A DNA stretch of 64,000 nucleotides from a virus (taxonomy: Duplodnaviria > Caudoviricetes): the IMG/VR virus record IMGVR_UViG_3300014205_000015, positions 13,731 through 77,730 of that record; one strand, written 5' to 3'. Of this stretch, positions 1 to 7,217 are shown one piece after another. The notes under the pieces were generated by a model, which saw only the letters and a list, made by a program, of their open reading frames with translations, was not told the DNA's origin and searched no databases. Position 1 is the stretch's first letter. The number at the start of each line of letters is the position of its first letter. Made by a program: the position numbers and the translations under genes.

Positions 1-22
1 TGTTAGTGTTATCGCTAAAAGT

Positions 23-343
23 CTACTTCTCTGAGTCTCTCCTAATGCGCTGCTTAGGACGGTAATCCCTCTTGGGTTTCAACTTAATCTCTGGCAGTCG
101 CGCAGCTCCCTCATGCGCGTTGTGCTCACTGAAGTAGCTCTTTAGCGCAATTCGAATCATCCAGTCTCCATCAACGAAGTAGTAGGTGTTTCCTACACAC
201 AGAACAGGATGTCCGAAGTGCAGGGATCTCGTAGTCGTGAATTTGCGCCATGAGCCTGCATATCTGCTTGGATTTCGCTGATAAGTAAGCTTCTCGTGCT
301 TGCAGACGTAGCATCGCAGTCCTGGCTTGATTGAGTATGTCAT
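23..343 (-). CDS. hypothetical phage protein (CxxC near N-terminus)
   Basis: ORF 23..379; start moved to ATG 343 (MTYSIK) because of the GAAAGGGA RBS upstream. Confidence 0.6.
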   Translation of the reverse strand: MTYSIKPGLRCYVCKHEKLTYQRNPSRYAGSWRKFTTTRSLHFGHPVLCVGNTYYFVDGDWMIRIALKSYFSEHNAHEGAARLPEIKLKPKRDYRPKQRIRRDSEK

Positions 344-992
344 GTCTGTCCCTTTCTGCATTTCAGCGCCAAAACACACAGGACTGACTGGCGCTAAATA
401 CCGGAGTGTACTGGATACTACTGATGTACTAACTAAAGCCTCGAAGACCCGGAACCGTACTAAAGTCTGGGCGCGATGACCCTATGCACAGGCACCCTAC
501 TGTTTTTCACCGAAACACTGGACCTCACGGTGCATATACGGGCATTATTCACGGGCCGTAGTGGGCATCCCCAGGCTGAGTTGCACAGCCGCTACGTCTA
601 TTCATAGCAGGTTTGTCTGCTACCGCTTGGGCGCGACCCCAGCAGCCGTTTTGGGCGTCTTGGGATGAACCGATAACACGGACAGAGCCCCACATACCGT
701 TTATGCTGTTTCGGCGGCAGACCTAAGCCGAGCCTCGCGCACGGTCGCGATATTCTTTGGGACGGGCTGAGAACTGCCAGCAATGTGCGGCTGAAGCCCT
801 GAAACACAGAAAGCCAAGATCTTGGGAGATCCTGGCTTCTGCGTGAGATACGGCTGCCTGACGAGCGAACCGGTAATAAGTTTAATACGATTCCGACTGT
901 CAGGCAACTGATACTTCTCAAGGCATCAGCCATTTTCTTGTAATCCACTAGGGGGCTTAGCCGGAGCCAAACCCCCATCGGGATTGCAAGAG
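344..992 (-). ncRNA. candidate large structured ncRNA (~600-650 nt), family unknown
   Basis: Many long stems on the minus strand with G-U pairs, e.g. GGGGGUUUGGC/GCUAAGCCCCC, GCUGAUGC/GUAUCAGU, UGCCUGAC/GUCAGGCA and a ~19-bp hairpin around 812-852; sigma70-like promoter directly upstream; overlapping ORFs look spurious. Confidence 0.6.
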
Positions 993-998
993 AGTTCA

Positions 999-1027
999 AA
1001 TATGACAGATTCTCGACCACAATGCAA
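999..1027 (-). promoter_or_regulatory. sigma70-like promoter (TTGCAT-17 nt-CATATT, extended TG)
   Basis: Spacing exactly 17 nt; predicted start near 992, just before the first stem of the structured region. Confidence 0.5.
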
Positions 1028-1036
1028 TACTTTAAA

Positions 1037-1270
1037 TCAGGGCGGGCAATTTTCTTCCAGGTTGCCGTCAAGCTCTTTCATTAGCAGTGCAGTCGCAGCC
1101 TTCATCAACCGCGTATCCTGCGATTTACAATGCTGGCAGAGCACCCACGGCGTTACGTTGTCCATGTGTAGCGATTCGCTGCCACAATCCCAGCATTTAC
1201 GCCAATGGGCTCTGGGGGCGCCTCTCAGTATTTGGATAGAGCTGGGGTTGGCGTAGTCTGGCTGTATCAC
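1037..1270 (-). CDS. small zinc-ribbon protein (CxxC...CxxC)
   Basis: CWDC and CQHC motifs; GTGA overlap with the csrA stop. Confidence 0.65.
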   Translation of the reverse strand: MIQPDYANPSSIQILRGAPRAHWRKCWDCGSESLHMDNVTPWVLCQHCKSQDTRLMKAATALLMKELDGNLEENCPP

Positions 1271-1452
1271 TTTGTTTGTTCCTTTAACTTGTCCCTCTGT
1301 ATCACGTCGTAGATTTCCTGACGGAAGACTGGGACTTCCTTAGGAGCCGTAATGCCGATTCTGATTTTGTCGCTGTCTACGCGGACGATAGTAACCTCAA
1401 TATCGTCGCCAATCATGAATTTCTCACCCTCTTTGCGGCTAAAGATTAACAT
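1267..1452 (-). CDS. csrA: carbon storage regulator CsrA/RsmA-like RNA-binding protein
   Basis: MLIFSRKEGEKFMIGDDIEVTIVRVDSDKIRIGITAPKEVPVFRQEI is a canonical CsrA sequence; AAGGAGGA RBS before ATG 1452. Confidence 0.93.
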   Translation of the reverse strand: MLIFSRKEGEKFMIGDDIEVTIVRVDSDKIRIGITAPKEVPVFRQEIYDVIQRDKLKEQTK

Positions 1453-1528
1453 AGCCCGTATCCTCCTTGTAAATGTAAAAACCAAACACTCGATGTTTTC
1501 TACCAATTTCCCGCAGTCGGGAACAAGG

Positions 1529-1813
1529 TCAGTTAACTGTTGCTGCTGATTTCAGCGTTCTGACATAGCCTAATCGTCGTAGCGCATCGACCGATAAATC
1601 ATCTGGCACTGTTTCGTAGTCGCGAATAAGCTCGCCGGTCTCGGCATCAACAATGCGAATAGTACGATACAAGCCTTGATGCTGACCAATGCCGTAACGA
1701 CCGCCCCATTGACCGCGAACCCGAATACTTGCGTCACGTTTTCCTTGCCGGCTAGAGAAAAATGAGTCGTGCTCGCAAACCATGTAGTCCAAATTTCCAA
1801 TTGTCACAAACAT
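1529..1813 (-). CDS. hypothetical protein
   Basis: 94-aa ORF in the co-oriented early operon. Confidence 0.6.
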   Translation of the reverse strand: MFVTIGNLDYMVCEHDSFFSSRQGKRDASIRVRGQWGGRYGIGQHQGLYRTIRIVDAETGELIRDYETVPDDLSVDALRRLGYVRTLKSAATVN

Positions 1814-1843
1814 AACTAAGCTCCAAAAAGCGTTGAGAAAGTT

Positions 1844-2134
1844 TCACTTGTCACAATAGCCAGCCCTGAAGTCACTCCGGACTGGAGGTAGGTTGTACGT
1901 CTTCACTGCTGCCAGGAACCTGGAACGGGTCGCCCGGCGCACAGTGACGCACCAGTAGCCCGTTCCCATGCGCTCAGGATGGTTCATCACAGTGGCCGCA
2001 GAGATACCCAGGATGTTACAAAACTCGATTAGCGCATCAGATTCCGTTTCCTCCTGAATAGCCTTGGTTACGTTGGTCACAAGCCCTCCTGGCAGCTCTC
2101 GGTGCGCTGATACTAGGTAGCGGGTGAGTTTCAT
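1844..2134 (-). CDS. hypothetical protein
   Basis: 96-aa ORF with GGAG RBS. Confidence 0.65.
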   Translation of the reverse strand: MKLTRYLVSAHRELPGGLVTNVTKAIQEETESDALIEFCNILGISAATVMNHPERMGTGYWCVTVRRATRSRFLAAVKTYNLPPVRSDFRAGYCDK

Positions 2135-2280
2135 GGTGCGATTCTCCAGGAGAGGTTATGGAAAGCCTACTATCGGTTGATTCTAGCACTGGGGGTTAAG
2201 CCGCGCGCACAGTGTCCCGGGGAGGTGCCCCGCCACAGCCGACCAACGAGGTAGCGGGCAGGGCACCTATCCCGGCTCGC

Positions 2281-2613
2281 TTAGTCCTGCGTGTCTTCTG
2301 CTTGCATCATCGCCAGTTCTTTCAGCTTCGGCAGTCCGCTTAAGAGATCGTCGACAATGGTAGCGCGACAGGAGTTTACTAGGTCTTTGGTTGGTTTTGG
2401 TGCCTTGTACCCGTCAGTAATGCCGACAGATGTAGCGTATGCCAGCAAGACGGCTTTAATGTCTTCGCCAAGCCACTCGCGCCCACCTGCTATCTTGGCT
2501 CGCCATGTATCCTTTAGCGCATGTGTTATCACGGAATGAACGTGGGTGATGAAATCTTCCGCTTTGCGCTGAGCTAATTTGTCGATTGTTTCCGACAAGC
2601 TTCTTTCGTTCAT
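2281..2613 (-). CDS. hypothetical protein
   Basis: 110-aa ORF preceded by the TACCCGGAGG start motif. Confidence 0.75.
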   Translation of the reverse strand: MNERSLSETIDKLAQRKAEDFITHVHSVITHALKDTWRAKIAGGREWLGEDIKAVLLAYATSVGITDGYKAPKPTKDLVNSCRATIVDDLLSGLPKLKELAMMQAEDTQD

Positions 2614-2724
2614 GGGATTACCTCCGGGTAGGGTGTATGCGTTGATTGGCTCGCCAGCCTTCGCCTAAAGTGAAGCGAGGAACGCGGCGTGGCCGAATGC
2701 CTCGCCGCGTGTCCTCGGCTCACG

Positions 2725-3684
2725 TTAGATATGGCAATCGAGAAGCGTAATCCACTGCGTAGGCTGAAGCGAAGCAACCATCTCGTTAAACTTCTCGTCC
2801 CACTGGTCGTCCTCGTTGCTGACGCAAGCCCACCAGCCCATTTCGCCTTGCTCGTACCATTTCCCGTCTTTGACGACAGCAAAGGCTGACAGCATCGGAG
2901 CGGAGTTAATCCAGTCGTCGAGGGTCTGTTCTCCGATTTCTGGTATCTCAAAGTTGTGGGAGTGAGCATCTGCCACGTTAGCATAGCCCGCATCGCGAAG
3001 CCACTGGAAGTATTCGCTACCACGCGGGCGGTCGCTGGCTGGAATCTCCATCCACTTGGCGTGTACCTCTTTGTGTAGCTGGCAGGCAGCACCAAAGTCC
3101 TCGCGTGACATTCCACACTTAGCGATACATTCATCAACCCAATTGGCTCGCCCTCGCTGGGCTTCCACCTTCATCTTGTCCCAGTCAATATCAGCAACAC
3201 ACGCTGAGTCAAAGCCCTCTGGTATCGTTTTCTCGTTCTTCCACTCCCAGCTTGGTTCGGTCGCCACGGCGGACGCTACACCGGATTTGACTTGAAGTCT
3301 CGCTCGATAGCGACCACCGACGCGCCAGTAATCCCATTTCTTGTTGGGATTAGTGCGGGTTATCACTTCCAGGACATTGCCATCGGCACCGACGCGCACA
3401 TAGCCGTATTTGTGCTCTCCCTCTTTGTCGGGATCGGCTGGAGAAACTACAGGCTCCAGTCCATACCAGCCATTAATCCATTCCAAGAAGCCTTCAGCCG
3501 GTTCGGTTGCATTCTCCGTGTACTGGGCATACTCCGCTTTAGCTTCCTCAGTGCGGTCGATTGACTGCACGTACTGGTCGTCGGTGCCAGTGCATTCAAA
3601 CTCATGGTATGGCTGCATGAGTTTGGTTAGGATTTCATCGGTGGGTTCGCTGTCAGTTACCACCATCACAGAAAAATGTGACAT
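2725..3684 (-). CDS. conserved-type hypothetical phage protein (MSHFSVMVV...NPNKKWDYWRVGGRY...LLDCHI)
   Basis: Long ORF; start moved to ATG 3684 by the TACCCGGAGG motif. Confidence 0.85.
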   Translation of the reverse strand: MSHFSVMVVTDSEPTDEILTKLMQPYHEFECTGTDDQYVQSIDRTEEAKAEYAQYTENATEPAEGFLEWINGWYGLEPVVSPADPDKEGEHKYGYVRVGADGNVLEVITRTNPNKKWDYWRVGGRYRARLQVKSGVASAVATEPSWEWKNEKTIPEGFDSACVADIDWDKMKVEAQRGRANWVDECIAKCGMSREDFGAACQLHKEVHAKWMEIPASDRPRGSEYFQWLRDAGYANVADAHSHNFEIPEIGEQTLDDWINSAPMLSAFAVVKDGKWYEQGEMGWWACVSNEDDQWDEKFNEMVASLQPTQWITLLDCHI

Positions 3685-3722
3685 TATTCTTTCCTCCGGG
3701 TAGGGTTTCAACGGGTTTAGCT

Positions 3723-3779
3723 GCCTCGTCAGGTCATCCCCACTACGGGATAACTACGCCCACAAGTGAGCGTTTCGGC
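3723..3779 (-). ncRNA. type II hammerhead ribozyme
   Basis: GCC-GAAA-stem III (6 bp)-GUA-stem I (8 bp)-CUGACGA-GGC; complete catalytic core; intergenic. Confidence 0.9.
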
Positions 3780-3780
3780 T

Positions 3781-4098
3781 TCAACCAAACATTGCCGAGA
3801 CACTAGCGACCACGGCGCCACCAGTAATCACCAGCCAAATCACACAGGTTTCGCCGTCAATCTTATGCGGCCAGGGCACGTTGCACTTGAGGCTATTGTG
3901 TACCTCGATGGCATTCGCATTGACCACCTCGGTCGCTGACCGATGGCGGGTAAGCAGGTCGACCGCTTCGTCAGCATGGCAGCCGAATAGGTCAATCATG
4001 GCGCTGACGCAATCGGCTTGGTCTGTCTTTGCCCGCTGCCAATCATGGCAAATTGCTTGCAATTCCGCAAAATCTTCGTCGCTAATGTGTAGTCTCAT
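3781..4098 (-). CDS. hypothetical protein
   Basis: 105-aa ORF in operon. Confidence 0.65.
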   Translation of the reverse strand: MRLHISDEDFAELQAICHDWQRAKTDQADCVSAMIDLFGCHADEAVDLLTRHRSATEVVNANAIEVHNSLKCNVPWPHKIDGETCVIWLVITGGAVVASVSAMFG

Positions 4099-4124
4099 GA
4101 TGTGTGGAGCCTTTGAGTAATTTG

Positions 4125-4520
4125 CTAAAGCGTACCTAATTTCGAGAGTAATTCTGCCACATGCGCGCGGGTGTCTGCCACGACATATTCATCGTGTAGT
4201 AGTAGGTTATCTTCGTCGCACTGGCCAGCGATATCCTGGTAGTCGATTTTAATTGCAGCAGGGAGCAGTTTCAGCAGTCCCACTAGCAGATTGCGCCCTT
4301 GTTCCACCGCCGTGTATCCTCCTGGTTGCACTTTACCATCGTGGCGCGGGTCGATGTTCCACCGCAATTGGCGCAATCCAGCTTCGACGGTGCAAAGCAC
4401 ATCGAGAACATGCGTTGTAGCCACTTCCTTGGTGGCTCGTGTTAGTGCCTGGACGTATTCAGCCTCAGACGCTTCAAGTGGTCTTAACTCTTCCATAGCT
4501 TCTCTCCGGTTAATTGACAA
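4125..4520 (-). CDS. hypothetical protein
   Basis: 131-aa ORF in operon. Confidence 0.65.
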   Translation of the reverse strand: MSINRREAMEELRPLEASEAEYVQALTRATKEVATTHVLDVLCTVEAGLRQLRWNIDPRHDGKVQPGGYTAVEQGRNLLVGLLKLLPAAIKIDYQDIAGQCDEDNLLLHDEYVVADTRAHVAELLSKLGTL

Positions 4521-4782
4521 ACAAAGTCACGACACCAGCCGCCGCAGCAGCACTAATCACGCACAGCACAGCCCAGCCCGCGAATTGCATAATCTCGTGT
4601 AAGACGCCGAATTCCCGTAGTTGCCCATCGTATTCTTGCTCGATTTCCAGGTGGCATCGCTGGCAAATACGAATACGCCCCCAGTAGTACGCGCCTGCTG
4701 CGCCTAATGGCTCTCCGCATCGACAGCATTGTTCATGTGGAGATGGGGTGTAAGACTCACTTTGCCACTTTGGATTGTCCAT
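4510..4782 (-). CDS. small protein with CxxC motifs and a C-terminal membrane anchor
   Basis: CCRC...CQRC followed by a hydrophobic C-terminus. Confidence 0.6.
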   Translation of the reverse strand: MDNPKWQSESYTPSPHEQCCRCGEPLGAAGAYYWGRIRICQRCHLEIEQEYDGQLREFGVLHEIMQFAGWAVLCVISAAAAAGVVTLFVN

Positions 4783-4796
4783 TGGTTTGCTCCAGG

Positions 4797-5021
4797 CTAT
4801 AGCTCGATGTCTAGGACATTGCGAAACGTATCCTTAACAGCCTCGATGAAGTCGGCAGCCGAATTAGCGGCTACTGATTCTTCTGGTTCATACGCGCCGT
4901 CTTCGTTGTACGAAAGGCGCTCGGCAATTTCCGTCAGCGCCTTTGCGAGCGTCAATAGTGACTTTCCTTGTATGTGATGCTCAGCGTCGACGATTTGATT
5001 GAATTCCATAATCTTGTCCAT
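4797..5021 (-). CDS. hypothetical protein
   Basis: 74-aa ORF with AAGGGAG RBS. Confidence 0.65.
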   Translation of the reverse strand: MDKIMEFNQIVDAEHHIQGKSLLTLAKALTEIAERLSYNEDGAYEPEESVAANSAADFIEAVKDTFRNVLDIEL

Positions 5022-5031
5022 TGGTTTTCTC

Positions 5032-5095
5032 CCTTGGCTTGTGGCTGGTCAGCGAAGTGCTGAGCCGCATTAGCGCCCGAAGGCGTCACTCTGCG
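5032..5095 (-). ncRNA. twister ribozyme, P5-type permutation
   Basis: CGCA-GAGUG-P1 (CGCC UUCG GGCG)-CUAA-UGCG-GC-P3 (UCAGC/GCUGA)-CCAG-CCACAAGC-CAAGG; the T1 pseudoknot shows compensatory UG/CA; P4 is imperfect. Confidence 0.75.
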
Positions 5096-5457
5096 TTGTT
5101 CACTTTGGCTTTGGCGATGGCGGCGCGGGTGGCTTTGATTTCGTTGGCGTAAACCGTCAGTAGTAGAGAGTCGTTATCAAACATCGAGTCGATCGACTCC
5201 AGCGCGGCCAGCAGTTCCGCCAGACGATCTTCGAGCATCATGCAGCGCTCAGCGTAGGCTGCCTCAGTGCGGGTGGAGAAACCGCCTAATTCATCTTCAA
5301 GGCCAGCGACAAACCATCGCTTTCCAGGGCAGTCGATGTGGTTATTGTGGACACAACCCACAGCGCCGTTATCGTAGCGGTTATTTGTGTACCATCCGCC
5401 ATGTCTCCATCGCTCTGGAAAGCTTGGCTGCCAGCGGCGCGTTTGTGTCGTGTTCAT
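5086..5457 (-). CDS. hypothetical phage protein
   Basis: 123-aa ORF preceded by the TACCCAGAGG motif. Confidence 0.75.
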   Translation of the reverse strand: MNTTQTRRWQPSFPERWRHGGWYTNNRYDNGAVGCVHNNHIDCPGKRWFVAGLEDELGGFSTRTEAAYAERCMMLEDRLAELLAALESIDSMFDNDSLLLTVYANEIKATRAAIAKAKVNNAE

Positions 5458-5544
5458 TATGTTTCCTCTGGGTAAAAAGTGGTAAGCCTGCGACGTTACA
5501 GGGGCTCGGCTACCGCTGGGGGTAGCTCCGCCGCCGAAACGTCA

Positions 5545-6093
5545 CTAGATAGGGTAGATAGAGCTGAAACTGACCGGCTGACCGTCACGCTCAAGCTGCT
5601 CACATTTGGCGATAATTTGCTTGGCGTGTGCTTTGTTTTCCTCTGTGTCATACAGCGCCGAGTGGCTATAGTGCTCGAATTGAATACCCCGCCAGTACAC
5701 GTAGCCGTCGTATTCGATTCGTAGTCGCTCGTCGATGCCGTAGAGTGGTTCGCCGCGGTCCTCTACTAGCGGTGGATTGTCGCGTTCCGTCTGGGCAATT
5801 CGGAAGTGTACGCCAGCTACGCCATGCGTACTCGATTCTGCGCCATTGGTGATATCGCCGCAGCAGAGCTCCACGCAATCGTCACAGAGTCCGTATCCAG
5901 GCTCCTGGTTCCACCAGTCGCGCCCCTGGAGCGATTCGCCACAGCAAGTGCAGGACAGCCACTTAATTGGCTTCTTGCGCTCGTTGGCGTAGTCGTCTAC
6001 TCTCGCTGCGCTGGCTTGCTTGTCTAGCGATTCCAGCCATGCGTTAGCTTGTTCTGTCGTCGTTATGGCGATTGTCTCGATTCCGTGTCTCAT
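5545..6093 (-). CDS. hypothetical protein with CxCC/CxxC zinc motifs
   Basis: 182-aa ORF preceded by TACCCGGAGA. Confidence 0.75.
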   Translation of the reverse strand: MRHGIETIAITTTEQANAWLESLDKQASAARVDDYANERKKPIKWLSCTCCGESLQGRDWWNQEPGYGLCDDCVELCCGDITNGAESSTHGVAGVHFRIAQTERDNPPLVEDRGEPLYGIDERLRIEYDGYVYWRGIQFEHYSHSALYDTEENKAHAKQIIAKCEQLERDGQPVSFSSIYPI

Positions 6094-6187
6094 GGTTTTG
6101 CTCTCCGGGTAGAGGGGTTTGGGGTAATTCCTGACGTTGCAGGGGTCACAGGGCTAGCAGGTGGGCTAGCCCAGGTCCCGCGAAACG

Positions 6188-6427
6188 TCAGAATGCGAGT
6201 ATGCGAGCTTTAATGTCATCTAATGCTTTAGCAAGTGCCGGGCATTCGTCGCTATACTTGTCGACACGAGCAAGCATAGCACAAAAGAGTAGGGCATCAG
6301 TCTTTCGCATACCTGTCGACCTAAGCGCGGCAACTACTCTATTGTTTGCCGCACGCATCGCCGTAGCTGATTCAGCGAAGTAACCCACTCGGTTACATTG
6401 CTCTGCGTACGTTGGGCATTGTGTCAT
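6188..6427 (-). CDS. hypothetical protein, first gene of the leftward early operon
   Basis: Start moved to ATG 6427 (MTQCPTY) by the TACCCGGAGG motif. Confidence 0.7.
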   Translation of the reverse strand: MTQCPTYAEQCNRVGYFAESATAMRAANNRVVAALRSTGMRKTDALLFCAMLARVDKYSDECPALAKALDDIKARILAF

Positions 6428-6685
6428 GATTCCCTCCGGGTAAGGAAAAAGGAGCCCCCAGCGCGACAGGGCTACACAAGACCAGCCTATGAAGTCGGCT
6501 AGAATTGATTGTCGCGAGGGGGCATAGTTGTTTGAGTCCTGTGTAGCTATCGTCATTGTACGCTTCGGGGCCCATAGTGTCTATGAGGAAAGTACAATAA
6601 TTCTTGCATATTGGGAAAATACATCCAGAATATTTCTAGTTAGACACTTAGTATTGCGGGTCCATGCTAATAGCAGGCTTGGATT

Positions 6686-6703
6686 TGTCCACAATTGTGG
6701 ACA
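6686..6703. repeat. palindrome TGTCCACAATTGTGGACA, copy 1 of 7
   Basis: Other copies at 8081, 8453, 8499, 24383, 41601 and 53370. Confidence 0.9.
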
Positions 6704-6891
6704 TTGCCAGTCCCCACCCGCCAGCGGGGGATTTTGGCTTCTTATTGAGATTGGAGCGGGTTTCGGGCATACTGAGGGCTAATCAGACGCACCAGAATGC
6801 CCCAGAATCGACGCGGAGCACTTCGCGTGACCCAGAACACCTGCCTTTTTCTCGTGCGTTGTACGCTCAGTCTCAATAAGGAATAGCAGCA

Positions 6892-7215
6892 ATGGTCCAC
6901 CGTCCCAACCCAGTTCAGTCTATCCAACAGCAGCCGCAACAGTTCGGACAACAGCGCTATCAACCGCTCCAAATGGGAGCCGCCCAGCAGCCGCTCGCCG
7001 ACCCAGCCGCAGCGATTCAAGGGCAGGTACAAGAACTGGCGTTAGAGATTTACGCTAGGCTGGTTGCCGGTCGCCACCTGGATCCCAGCTACACAACGGC
7101 GCTCGACCAGTCGCATTTGCGCCAGTTAGCCAAGGACAGCCAAGCCGCAGCCACCGCATACTTCAGCCAGCTAGGTGTACAATTCGAGGACCACCCCAAC
7201 CAACCAGGGAGCTAA
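6892..7215 (+). CDS. Gln-rich hypothetical protein
   Basis: 107-aa ORF with AAGGA RBS; first rightward gene. Confidence 0.7.
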   Translation: MVHRPNPVQSIQQQPQQFGQQRYQPLQMGAAQQPLADPAAAIQGQVQELALEIYARLVAGRHLDPSYTTALDQSHLRQLAKDSQAAATAYFSQLGVQFEDHPNQPGS

Positions 7216-7217
7216 CA

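Noticed and set aside
344-992. Group I/II intron, RNase P or CsrB identity for the large RNA
   Set aside because: No convincing P7 R/S pair, domain V, GAGGAAAGUC motif or repeated GGA loops
598-1071. 157-aa and 68-aa minus-strand ORFs
   Set aside because: No RBS, Arg/Ser-rich shadow composition, and the region is better explained by a promoter plus extensive RNA pairing
2205-2278. HDV-like / theta ribozyme
   Set aside because: P3/L3 is non-canonical and there is no room for the J4/2 catalytic C
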